DNA of 64,000 nt from Squalus acanthias (Eukaryota), in NCBI GenBank assembly GCA_030390025.1, contig CM059425.1, positions 178,686,001-178,750,000 on the forward strand, written 5' to 3'. Position 1 is the stretch's first letter. Every line of letters starts with the position of its first letter. This document shows positions 49,855 to 62,023 of the stretch, one piece after another. The translations under genes and the position numbers were made by a program. The notes beneath the pieces are model-generated. The model worked only from the letters and a program-made list of their open reading frames with translations, searched no databases and was not told where the DNA came from.

Positions 49855-50200
49855 AAAACTGAGCCACACAGATCAGGATCCAGGTTCAATTCCCAGTCTA
49901 CACTGAGTAAACTGATCTCAGCAGAGGTGGTATGAGGAGTCCCACAATTGGCCACAGTGGCTCTGGGCTACGGAGGAGAGAAATTAGCCAGGGTTTTGCT
50001 CCTATTTGCTATCCATCAAATTTGCTGAAAGTGCTCATGTGTGAATGTCAGGTGAGGACAAGAACAAGCTCTGTTGTGATCTGTGATCAAATAGCCTGCT
50101 GATAATTACTGTCAAGGTTCACATGTGACTAATATCCATCTGGACAAGGGGCTGGAGGCCAACAGTAGCTGTGAAACTGAACCCCAGCAAGAATCAGCTC
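49855..50200 (+). mobile_element. LF-SINE-like element
   Basis: actgagccacacagatcagg..ccaggttcaattcccagtct..ctgatctcagc..acaattggcc..aaattagccagggttttgctcct..ggtgaggacaag..caaatagcctgctga. Confidence 0.75.
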
Positions 50201-51734
50201 ACTATTGATTTTTACACTGCCCACCTTCGCCCCCTACCGCCCTCCCCCCACCACCCCTGCTTCAGTTTGGGGCATGACTGGAGATTTTCCCAAGCTATCC
50301 CAGGAGTCCTGCCAGATATATCTATGTTCAGCCTAGGGCACTGATGCCTGCAGAGAGGTGTGCCATTTTGGGCCACTTTTGGGTTCCACAATGACAAGTT
50401 CAAAGGCCAGTTGTTCTCTTGATGTTTGATTCAGGACCTGCCAGCATGGGTGTGCAGAACAAGATAATTAGCCAACCTTTTGTCTCCGGTCTAACCAGGC
50501 CTATAGCTTCTTTTCTCAGAGCAACAGGGTGCCACTTTGATATTCTGTTGGGTGGATACTCCTGTTGCATCACTACAGGCGTGGCTATCCACCGCCGCCC
50601 CCCCATATGTTAATAAACTCAACCCTGGGATTTGGGATGAGGTCATGGAAAGGCCAATGCAGTGGATGGAAGTTCCATCTCATCAAACTTCTGCTAGCCC
50701 AATGGCAGTACTGGAAATTCTACTCTATTCTTTTTTTTAAAAAAGGATAGTTTATTTTATTTTATCCCATTTTCTTCTGTCCTCATCTTCCTAGACCTAG
50801 ACCATTACACTGGGACAATACAGATGTACTGCAATGGTCTTTTCTGGCCCTCCGCATCATTTTCTGGCCCTGTACATTCCTGTGTTCCTTTACTGTGTCT
50901 GAGAACACAGACGGGGGCGGGGGGTGATCTCGGAACAACTCACCTGCTAATTTTCTCTGCCTTCCTGTAATGTTTTCATAAATTGATGGTCTTCTGTGTT
51001 TACCCTTAAATACTGCAAATGATGCCACTTGAGTCAGACATTGCTACACATTCTGTAAGTTTTCAATTTCTACTTTCCGTTTGATGAAATACTCTCTGCA
51101 GCAGGAAATTGGAGAAGGAGAAAGAACTGCTTTGAGTCACTCATCATCCCGGTGATTCAGACTGCAAAGTTAATGATCCGGGGCACAGTTTGAAGCAGCT
51201 TCTTAAAGGAGATTACTAACATTTACTGAAATTAATTTGTGTTTGTTCTGCACTCTGTTTTAATTCACCAAATCTGAAACATTTTAATAAGCTCCCTGTT
51301 ATTTATCTGGCCTGTCACTGATTTTCTTTCTGGAGTATTTTCATGTTATTGCTTTTAGTTGTAACCGACATTTTTTACAGTAATTATTTAGAAAGTGTTT
51401 TGTTAGAAGCTCAGCGGTTGTTTTAAATGATTAAAATTGTACCCTGGTCACAAGCATTGCAGGAATCGCAGATACTATGATCTTTATCTATGCTGTTTTT
51501 CAAAAGAGTCAGGGAGAGTGAGGGCATTACGATAGCTCCCCTGCTTGGTGGAGGTTCAATCACACAAACCTCCTCCCTTCAGTGCTCCTCCAGTGCTGCA
51601 GCCTTTTTCACAGGAAAAAGGGAAGAGAAAAATGGAAACTGAAAAGGGAGAAAAAGGATAACAATAAAAGAGTCAAGAGACAGAAACAGAGACAGACCTT
51701 TACCAGGCATATATTGAATAGCTGTGTAGATTTA

Positions 51735-52786
51735 AAGAATCATAGAATCATTACAGCACAGTAGGAGACCATTCGGCCCGTCGAGCCCATGCCGGCTCTC
51801 TGCAAGAGCACTTCAGCTAGTCCCACTCCCCCACCCTTTCCCCGTAGCCCTGCAAATTTATTTCCTTCAGGTACGCATCTAATTCCCTTTTGAAAGCCAT
51901 GATTGAATCTGCCTCCACCACCCTCTCAGGAAGTGCATTCCAGATCCTAACCGCTCGCTGCGTAAAAACGGTTTTCCTCCTGCCACCTTTGGTTCTTCTG
52001 CCAATCACCTTAAATTTGTGTCCTCTGGTTCTCGACCCTTCTGCGAATGGGAACAGTTTCTCTCTATCTACTCTGTCTAGACCCCTCATGATTTTGGACA
52101 CCTCTATCAAATCTCCTCTCAACCTTCTCTCCTCTAAGGAGAACAACCCCAGCTTCTCCAATCTATCCACATAACTGAAGTCCCTAATCCCTGGAACCAT
52201 TCCTGTAAATCTTTTCTGTACCATCTCTAAAGCCTTCACATCCTTCCTAAAGTATGTTGCCCAGAATTGGACACAATACTCCAGTTGTGGCCGAACCAGT
52301 GTTTTATAAAGATTCATCATAACTTCCTTGCTTTTTTACTCTATGCCTCTATTTATAAAACCCAGGATCCCGTATGCTTTTTTAACTGCTTTCTCAACCT
52401 GTCCTGCCACCTTCAACAATTTGTGCACATATACCCCAGGTCTCTTTGTTCATGCACCCCCTTTAGAATTGTATCTTTTAGTTCCTATTGCCTCTCCTCG
52501 TTCTTCCTACCAAAATGTATCACTTCACACTTTTCTGCATTAAACTTCATCTGTCACGTGTACGCCCATTCCACCAGCCTGTCTATGTCCTCCTGAAGTC
52601 TATCCCTAGTGTCCTCACTGTTCACTATACTTCCAAGTTTTGTGTCATCCGCAAATTTTGAAATTGTGCCCTGAACACCTAAGTCCAAGTCATTAATATA
52701 TATCAAGAAAAGCAGTGGTCCTAGTACCAACCTTTGGGGAACACCACTGTATACCTTCCTCCAGTCCGAAAAACAACCGTTCACCG
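51735..52786 (-). mobile_element. CR1-clade LINE 3' fragment
   Basis: SGVPQRLVLGPLLFLIYINDLD..ISKFADDTKL and LVRPQLEYCVQFW..RRLRGDLIEV..TRGHKFKV. Tail (aatcatag)-type at 51735-51752. Confidence 0.95.
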
Positions 52787-53934
52787 TGTAAAAAAGAGAA
52801 TTCTATTAATGCTGTAATATGGATAATATGGATTTGTTGGAAAAGGCAGAAGTGAACAAGGGGACAGAAAGAAAGAAAAAATTTTGGATTTATAGAATGC
52901 CTTTCACGAGAGAGAATGACGCAGAAACAGAAGTGAAACAGAACAGAAATAAAAATCACAAAATTCAGAACAGGTAATACTGAGGCAGGAATGGTGCACA
53001 GCAGAACATATGTTGACATACTGTACGTGGCGATTCCTGTGTTAACTTCTGCCTTGGCCGCAAATTATCTATGAGAGGTCAGCCCCTGCCTATGTAGTGG
53101 ATTGTGTCCAAGAGCTTGTGTGCACAGAGACAGCATTGCTGACTGCTGCTGCAATGATTTAAAGGACGACCATATTGGAATGCAGAATAATTTTCTTTTC
53201 CCTGCTAAAAATGAAATAACAGCTGACGCTCCATACAGTAGGATAAAGAGTTCACAAAGGAGGAAACTGGTTTAATTTTCCTATACTAAAGAGTGAACAC
53301 AGTGAACAAAGGTATTTTGTATTGTAATGATGCTGAATGTTCAGCATCCTTCAGTTATTTTAATTACTTGTTCGCATTGAAAAGTACAATCCTTTTAGAT
53401 TTGAAATTTGTAAGACATCGAGATTTGTTTAAAAAGCAATCTTGGTTAATTGAGAAAACAGTGGTGAGGAAGCTAAAGCAAAAGTTTATTTAAGGTTTCC
53501 CTCATGACCCACACATAAAATACATTGATTAAAGAAATGAAATAAACATTTTGAAATTAAATCATTGGGGTAGATTTTAACTTTCACAGCCAGGCGGAAA
53601 ACTGGTACCAGCAGATGAGCTGCTTGTTATACCTTCTGTTCATTGAAAGCCCTTTCTGTATTAGAGACATGTGTCATTCAGTTTGCATATCATTACTCAG
53701 TTCCCATCAGAAACTGAACAGAAAGAGACAGAAATTTAATCTTGTCAGCAATTATGTTGCAGGAAAAGATGAAGAATAATGTCAGGGAGAGACGGTACAC
53801 GGGAGAGCGATGAGGAGGGGAGGAGTGGGGGCATGGAAACTAAGCTTCAAGAGTTGCCTCTTTTTAAAGAGGAGACACTCACTCACCATCCTGGGTCTGG
53901 AGAAGTTGATGCGCTAGTGGCAGTTACAGGCTAG

Positions 53935-54888
53935 TGCCCAGATGATGCCTTTCTTGACCAGCTCTCTTGACCCCTCCACTGCCTCTGATTTGTCAGACTG
54001 CTTGTCCAACATCCAGTACTGGATGAGCAGAAATTTCCTCCAACTAAATATTGGGAAGACCGAGACCATTATCTTTGGTCCCCGCCACAAACTTTACTCC
54101 CTGGCCGTTTCCATCCCTCTCCCTGGCAACTCTCTGAAGCTGAGCCAGACCGATCGCAACCTCGTGTTGTGTTTGACCCTGAGATAAGCTTCCGACCACA
54201 TATCCGCTCCATCACTAAGACTGCCTACTTCCACCTCTGTAATATTGCCTGACACCGACTCTGCCTCAGTTCATCTGTTGCTAAAACCCTCATCCATGCC
54301 TTTGTTACCTCTAGACATGACTATTCCAACGCTCTCCTAGCCGACTTACATCTTCCACCCTACATAAACTTGTGCTCTACCATAACTCTGCTGCTTGTAT
54401 CTTAACTCGCACCAAGTCCCGTTTACCCATCACCTCTGTGCTCGCTGACCTAATCCGACTCCCTGTCTGGCATCGCCTCAATTTATAATTCTCATCCTTG
54501 TTTTCAAATCCCTCCATGGCCTCGGCCCTCCCTATTTTTGTAACCTCCTCCAGCCCTAAAAGCCTTCGAGATGTCTGCACTTCCCTCTCCAAATCTGGCA
54601 TCTTGCGCATCCCCGATTTTAATCGCTCCACCATTGGCGGCCGTGCTTTCAGCTGCTTTGGCCCTAAGCTCTGGAATTCCCTCCTTAAATCTTTTCACCT
54701 CTCTAGCTCTCTTTCCTCCTTTATAAGATACTTCTTAAAACCTACCTCTTTGACCCAGCTATTGGCCATCTGTCCTGATATCTCCTTCCGTGGATCAGTG
54801 TTAAATTTTTATGGATAATGCTCTTGTGAAGCGCCTTGGGACGTTTTGCTACTTTAAAGGCGTTATATAAATGCAAGTTGTTGTTGTT
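53935..54888 (+). mobile_element. L2-clade LINE 3' fragment
   Basis: LSDCLSNIQYWMSRNFLQLNIGKTE, followed by the tail aaggcgttatataaatgcaagttgttgttgtt. Confidence 0.9.
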
Positions 54889-55253
54889 AGATTTGAGGCT
54901 TTAAAAGGTAACGTTTTCTCTCAGCAAGCACAGCTTTTGAATGTTACTCTTGATGATTCAGTGGCAGTCATCTTTCCATGGCCACATACTAATATCTGTT
55001 GCTCAGTCCTCCTTGTAGCTCAATCCCAACCATGGAGGAAGATGGAACAGTCCACTCCGGCTGACACCATGCCCACACACCATCACCCATTAGTTCCATT
55101 AGTTCCAAGTGCCAGCCCAGAGGCAAGCATCTGGAGGTATCAGGATAGTGAAGGAAGAGTATCGAGTGTTACATAATGTACGAGTGGTCAAGAGGAGGCG
55201 TGGGGTTGGATAAAGAGGAAAAGGGTGTCTCGGATCGAGAGTTTAGAGACGCC

Positions 55254-57265
55254 GGCTGTGAAATTTGGCACCTTAGCGCCGGCTGTTATGTGCGGTTTTG
55301 TCAAAAAAACAGCGGCCGCCTCACTTCTGTGGCGTGGACTGCGGTGGCCGCTATTTTGGGCAGGTCGGCAGCGCGGCCGTTGCCTGCGCTCACTGGAAAA
55401 ATGGCAATGCATCAGATCGTGATGCACGACCTGCTATTTTGGATGTTACCGCTCGAATGTACACCCTCTCCAAAGCACAGGTGAACGTGTGTTCACCTGC
55501 ACAACGGTCCCCCCACCAAGGCTACATGAAGGGACACACGCAACTTTCAGGTAAGTTTTGATTTTTGCTTTTGTTCTGGTTCCTGTACAGTTTATTTGAG
55601 TAGTGGCTTGGTGTAAGACATTTAAAAAGTTGTTAAAATATGCAGGAGTACAGGAGTGCTGCTGGACGTTTGCAAGGCTTTGGCTTTTAAAGGAAGGCCT
55701 CTGAGAACATCACTCGCTCCCAGTCCTGGGGGCTCTAGTTGCAGTCTCCTTTGGGCTGCAACATGGCATGGAGATGGAGCAGAGGCAGCCAAGGGGACAA
55801 GCTGCTCATAGAGGGAGGAGGAAGTGGAAGAAGAGGAGCAGGAAGCGGAAGGAAGAAGGCAACCGAGACAGCCCCTTTCTGGCCGGGATATCTAGGATAG
55901 AATCATCCACCTGCGGTACCAGTGAACTCAATCCCAATTCCCCTTTCAACATTTTGTCCCACACCTTACCTTCCCTCTGTTACTGACCATCACAATGTCC
56001 TCTTGGCCACAATGCTGAAATAAAAATAACCACAAAGCAAACTTTCCAATCCAACTTTATCCATATATGCAACCAATATTACATCAAATAATCAACGAAT
56101 CATCCTTGTGCATTCCCTTCGTGACTATCTTGCGTGTACCTTTGTTTATCCTAGTGCTCCTATGCAGTGCTACCCCAGTGGCTGCAGCATGGCTGGTGGA
56201 AGGCTGCTGACTTTCAGTGGGGGACACTGCAGATGGCCTTGCAGGACGACCTCGAGGAGCTGGTGGCTAGGAGTGTGAAATTGAGTGACGGTGTTTCTTC
56301 TTCTTCTTCACCCTCCTCTCCCTCTTCTTGTTTAACCACTGGTTGGGCAGGCTGGATTTCTTGGGTGTGTGAAATGAGGAAGGCACAAGGTAGGGTTGTG
56401 GTGAGGGGAGGGGGGAAAGCAAGAAGTGCATGCTTATGCCATGTGCAGCTTGTAAATCAGAAGAGATTGTGGAATGAGGGGGTAGTGGGATATGAGGAGG
56501 AGGATAACGTACGAGGATACCGGCATCTTGTATTCTTTCAGCCCCGCCGCTGGCCAAGGGCTCAGCCATGCCCCTGCCAAGAATGGCCAGCACCGTCTCC
56601 TCCAAGGGGGTGAAGCTAGGAATGTGTTTGGTAGAGATTGTTGGAAGGTGAGTGATGGGGTCATGCATTGAGCCGTGTGTGAGGCTAGTGGTGCAGTTGG
56701 TACGAGAGGCATTCACTCACCATGACCATTCATCTGAGGTGATAAAAATCTTTGGGCACTGGCGCCAAGTCCTGGGGGGTGACACTGCTGGCAGTGACGG
56801 CCTCGGTGATCTGGTCCCAAATCCTTCATTCTGGAGATCCTCCTGGTCCCCTGTGGGTAGATGACCTCTCTTTCAGTGTTCATCCCCTGCACAAAGCTCG
56901 AGTGCTGCGTCCGAGACCCTGGGTGCCCTTTCCCTGGCCTGTTGAGCCATTTAGGTTTGTGCTGAAGCACTTTTATCATTTTTCATCAGCAGAAGGCAGC
57001 TCAGCTTTAAGAGGTGCAGACTGACTTAAGAGGTGCAGGCTAGCTTTAAGCAAAGCGAGCCTTGAGCAAATATCACAAACTTCGGCCCCCTGCTGAGCGC
57101 ACAGCCTGTCAGCAGTGAGTTCAGCGCTAGGCTGTGCGCTGAGATCATGTAAAGTAGCAGGCAGCACAAATTTTACACGCTGCCTGAACTCCTTTCAATG
57201 GGCACGGGCAGATTGCGCATCGCAGTGCCCATGCCTGTTTTTGAGCTTAATCGAATTTCACCCCC
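55254..57265 (-). mobile_element. PIF/Harbinger-type non-autonomous transposon, copy of the 34786-36855 family
   Basis: Reverse-complement homolog along its length. TIRs ggctgtgaaatttgg / tcgaatttcaccccc. Myb/SANT-like remnant at ~56720-56950. Confidence 0.8.
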
Positions 57266-58807
57266 ACCGGGTCTTGGCTGAGGACCGTTGGGACACTGAT
57301 CTCATGGGTCCGGCTTTCAAGGGAGTGATATTAATAGAGCATCCACCCATTTTATCCCAGAAAGTGCTGCAACTGACTGATCAGGTAGATGAGTCCATCA
57401 CCAGCATGTGGAGCATTATTGAGGAGGGTTTCTCCTCACTGGAGCATTTACTTGAGAATGTGACATCTCTGGGAAGGCCTGCAGAAGCTGCCCCTATTAC
57501 TGAGGTCTCTGGAGCACTGTCAGCTTCCCATGTGGCAGCTCGGATGACTGCCTTGGGTGACCACCTTAACAGGAGCATCAACAGGGAACTCGCAGCTCTG
57601 ATAGATACCATTCGGTCTGCTTTAGCACCAATCAATGCCCTTTGTGGCCCGTTAGGCAGGTCTTCTCAGGATTTAGAATTCTTTCAGGAATGCAGGTCCA
57701 GCCAGCCTCTTTTGGATGAACACATTGGTGTGCAGTGGCAGGACTAAGTGGCTCAACAGGACAGGGAAAGAGCACCCAGGGTCAAGGATGCAGCACTCAA
57801 GCTTTGTGCAGGGGGTCAACACTGGAAGAGAGGTCCTCTACCCACAGGGGGCCAGGAGGCCCTCCAGAAAGAAGGATGTGGGACCAGATTACCGAGGCCG
57901 TCACTGCCAGCAGTGTCGCCCCAGAACCTGGCTCCAGTGTCGAAAGAACTTTCATGACCTCAGACAAGTGGTCAAGGTCAGTGAATGCATCTTCAAAAGC
58001 CGTCTCCTAACAACTGCACCACTAGCCTCACACACTGCTCAATGCATGAATCCCCCACCCCACCAGCCCCCCACCATCACTCACCTACCAACAATCTCTG
58101 CCAAACACGAGGCACAGCTTACATTCCTAGCTTCACTTCACCCCTTTGGAGGAGACGGTGCTGGCCATTCAGGGGCATGGGTGAGCCCTTGGCCAGCGGA
58201 GGGGCTGAAAGAATACAAGATGCCGGTATGCTCATACACTATCCTCCTTCTCACATCCCACTTCCCCCTCATCCCACAATATCTTCTGATTTACAAGCTG
58301 CACATGATGTAAGCATGCACCTCTTGCTTTACTCCCCTCCCCTCACCACAACCCTACCCTTGTGCCTGCCTCATTTCAGTCACCCAAGAAATCCAGCCTG
58401 CCCAGCCAGTGGTTGAACAAGAAGAGGGAGAAGAGAGAGATGAAGAAGAAGAAACACCATCTCTTGATTTCACACTCCCATCCACCAACTCCTCAAGGTC
58501 GTCCTGCAAGGCCACCTGCAGTGACCCCACTGAAAGTCAACAGCCTCCCACCAGCCATGCTGCAGCCACTGGGGTAGCACTGCATAGGAGCACTACGATA
58601 GGCCATCGCACACACAATACCCTCACTGAGGGTGATTAGTTGATTCCTTGATGTAATATTGGATGCATATATGGATAAAGTTGGATTGGAAAGTTTTCTT
58701 TGCGGTGGCTTTTAGTTCAGCATTGTGGTCAAGAGGACACTGTGATGGTCAGTAACAGAGGTAAAGTAAGGTGTGGGACAAATGTTGAAAGGGGAATTAG
58801 GGTTGTG

Positions 58808-60074
58808 ACTGTGACAAAGGTAAACTATCCCTCCTCATCCTTCTTGACTTGTCTGCGGCCTTTGACACTGTTGACCACTCCATCCTTCTCCAACGCCTCT
58901 CCACCGTTGTCCAGCTGGGTGGGACTGCACTCGCCTGGTTCCATTCTTATCTATCTAATCGTAGCCAGAGAATCACCTGCAATGGCTTCTCTTCCCGCTC
59001 CCGCATCGTTACCTCTGGTGTCCCCCAAGGATCTAACCTTGGCCCCTCCTAGTTCTCGTCTACATGTTGCCCCTTGGTGACATCATCCGAAAACACAGCA
59101 TCAGTTTCCACATGTACGCTGATGACACCCAGCTCTACCTCACTACCACTTCTCTCGATCCCTCCATGGTGTCTAAATTGTCAGACTGCTTGTCCGACAT
59201 ACACTTCTGGATGAGCAAAAATTTTCTCCAATTAAATATTGGGAAGACCGAAGCCAGTGTTTTCGGTCCCTGCCACAAACTCTGTTCTGTAGCCACTGAC
59301 TCCATCTCTCTCCCTAACATCTACCTGAGACTGAACCACACTGTTCGCAACCTTGGTGTCATATTTGACCCTGAAATGAGCTTCTGACCACATATCCGCA
59401 GCATAACTAAGACCGTCTACTTCCACCTCCGTAACATTGCCCGTCTCCACCCTTGCCTCACCTCATCCGCTGCTGAAACCCTCACCCATGCCTTTGTTAC
59501 CTTTAGACTTGACTATTCCAACGCACTCCTGGCTGACCTCCCACATTCCGTCCTACGTAAACCTGAGGTCATCCAAAACTCGGCTGCCCGTGTCCTAACT
59601 CACACTAAGTCCAGTTCACCCATCACCCCTGTGCTCACTGACCTACACTGGCTCCCAGTTAAGCAACACCTCGATTTCAAAATTCTCATCCTTGTTTTCA
59701 AATCCCTCCATGGCCTCGCCCCTCCCTATCTCTGTAATCTACTCCAGCCGCACAACCCCCTGAGATATTTGCGCTCCTCTAATTCTGCCCTCTTGAGCAT
59801 CCCTGATTATAATCGCTCAACCTTTGGTGGCCGTGCCTTCTGTTGCCTCGACCCGAAGATCTGGAATTCCCTGCCTAAACTGTCCGCCTCGCTACCTCTC
59901 TTTCCTCCTTTAAGACGCTCCTTAAAACCTACCTCTTTGACCAAGCTTTTGGTCACCTGCCCTAATTTATCCTTATGTGGCTCGGTGTCAATTTTTCTAT
60001 CTTAAAATACTCCTGTGCAGCGCCTTGGGACATTTTACTACATTAAAGGCGCTATATAAATACAAGTTGTTGTT
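58808..60074 (+). mobile_element. L2-clade LINE 3' fragment nested in the Harbinger-type element
   Basis: [25 protein letters not shown] with a (ttg)n tail. TSD gttgtg (58802-58807, 60075-60080). Empty site visible at ~36140-36155. Confidence 0.95.
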
Positions 60075-60147
60075 GTTGTGTTCACTGGTACCGCAGGCGG
60101 ATGATTCGGTCCCGGATATCCCGGCCAGAAAGGGGCCGTCTGGGTTG

Positions 60148-60232
60148 CCTCCTTCCTTCTGCTTCCTCCTCTTCTGCTTCTTCCTCTTCCTCCTCCTCTT
60201 CCTGCTCCTCCTCTTCTTCCTCATCCTCTCTC
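60148..60232. repeat. Imperfect (CTT/CCT)n low-complexity tract inside the Harbinger-type element
   Basis: cctccttccttctgcttcctcctcttc.., expanded relative to 36218-36275 and 55810-55860. Confidence 0.7.
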
Positions 60233-62023
60233 TGTGAGCAGCTTGTCCCCTTTGCTGCCTCTCCTCCATCTCCATGTGATGCTGTAGCCCAAGGGGGACT
60301 GCAACTAGCGCCCCTAGGACTGGGAGCAAGTGGTGCTCTCAGTGGCCTTCCTTTAAGAGCCAAAGCCTTGCAAAAGTCCAGCAGCACTCCCTGCACACTT
60401 TATCAACTTTTTAAATGTATTAAACCAAACCGCTATTCCAATAAAATGTAAAAAACCAGTACAAAAGCAAAAATCTAAACTTACCTGAAAGTTGTGTGTG
60501 TCCCTTTAAGAAGCACTGGTATGGGGTCCGTCATCATGTTCTGCCGTGCATGCTTTGGAGAGGGCATTAAAAGAATTGCGATGTCCAAAATACCAGATTG
60601 TGCACCAATTCAGTGTTGCACGCTAAATGACGTCATGATCTGACTCATCTAAATACCTAGAGCGAGTGCAGGCAACGGCAGCGCTGCCGACCTGCAGAAA
60701 ATGGCAGCCGCCGCGTTTGTGCCGGAAGTGGGCGGAAGTGAGATGGCTGCCATTTTATCTTCCAAAGCGGCCTTAACGGCCGGTGCAAACGGATCCAATT
60801 TCCCGGCCGATACCTCTATCCTTGTTTATTTTCAATTATCAAATCACTTATAATTACAAATTAAAACAGTTGTATTCAAACCAAGCAGAACATTCTGTTC
60901 AATACAATCACAACCAAGCCAATCATTGCTGATGACTAGAATAAAACAAATAAACTGAAGTAATCTGTGAGGGATTTCAGAATGGAGATTCAGGTTTGGG
61001 GAATTATGAGTGCATGATCAGCATGTAAATCAGTGCTTGATGTATAGATCTAGGAAGTGATGTTATCAGCAACATTTTACTGCTAAGCAGTTTCTAAATC
61101 TGCTAACCAGTGCACCGTTTTATGCATTCGACCGTATACAAGAGTCAAAATGACTAGTCTAAACACTGAGAAGCAAATCATCTACTTGATGTGTGAATAC
61201 TGGAATCTGAGTATCAGCCTGGGCTCCTTGTGGTTATTATTATGACTTCCAATGAAGCAGCTGAAGGTATTAGATAAAGTAATACAATAGATAATGCAAA
61301 TTCAGCCCATTTCATACTAACAAACTAACCCTGAACAAAATTGGGAGAATTGTTGTATTTTTTGCCTGACCTTGACACTGTCTTGATTTAACCCACTGGC
61401 TGCTTCAGATATTATATGTTGCTAAGCCAGTCACCATGTGATAGGTGTCGTGCCCCACAATTAACAGTGCTAAAGTTTATCATTTTATAAATGAAGTTTG
61501 TTTGAGAAAGCTTTCCTATTTTTGTAGGCGAGACAGAGATCGTCCAGTGTAAGCACGATTTACAGATCTTGCTTGATTCCATTTTGCACCTTTAGCATCT
61601 TGCATCTTGGTTTCATCAACAATTATGACAATATTTCAGAACCTGATCAGGTATTATACATGAGGATAAAACCATTCAGGGTTCTGCCCAACACTTTGGC
61701 CTTCTCATGACCATTCCAAGGAAGAAGCCTGAGGCCCTTATCAAGGAATGGAGAGGCAGCCTCTTAAAGACAATGACCCAGAATTTGCGGTGGGTAATGT
61801 CGGCGAACTGTCAGCTGTTATTACCCCTCTGAAACTGACCGCAACTTCAGGATTTAGCACATCCGCATCTAAACATGGGAATCCTGAAGTTGCAGTCAAT
61901 CATTCACTGCTCTGACACTGGCTGCGCTGTGGACCCCACCCTCCATAGCCGGCGATCAGTGTAATCAGTGAAAACAGTTAAACTGACGAAACCTTGGGCT
62001 TTTTTGTGATAATATCGCTGTTA

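Larger units (their letters stand above)
57745..60808 (+). mobile_element. PIF/Harbinger-type non-autonomous transposon, left end missing, interrupted by L2 (58808-60074)
   Basis: Homologous to 35110-36855 (RERAPRVKDAAL..MWDQITEAVTASSVAP..RTWLQCRKNFHDL). Right TIR tccaatttcccggcc at 60794-60808. Confidence 0.8.

Noticed and set aside
59997..60451. Poly-Glu, poly-Ser and Lys/Arg-rich ORFs
   Set aside because: Translations of a (CTT/CCT)n tract inside a transposon.
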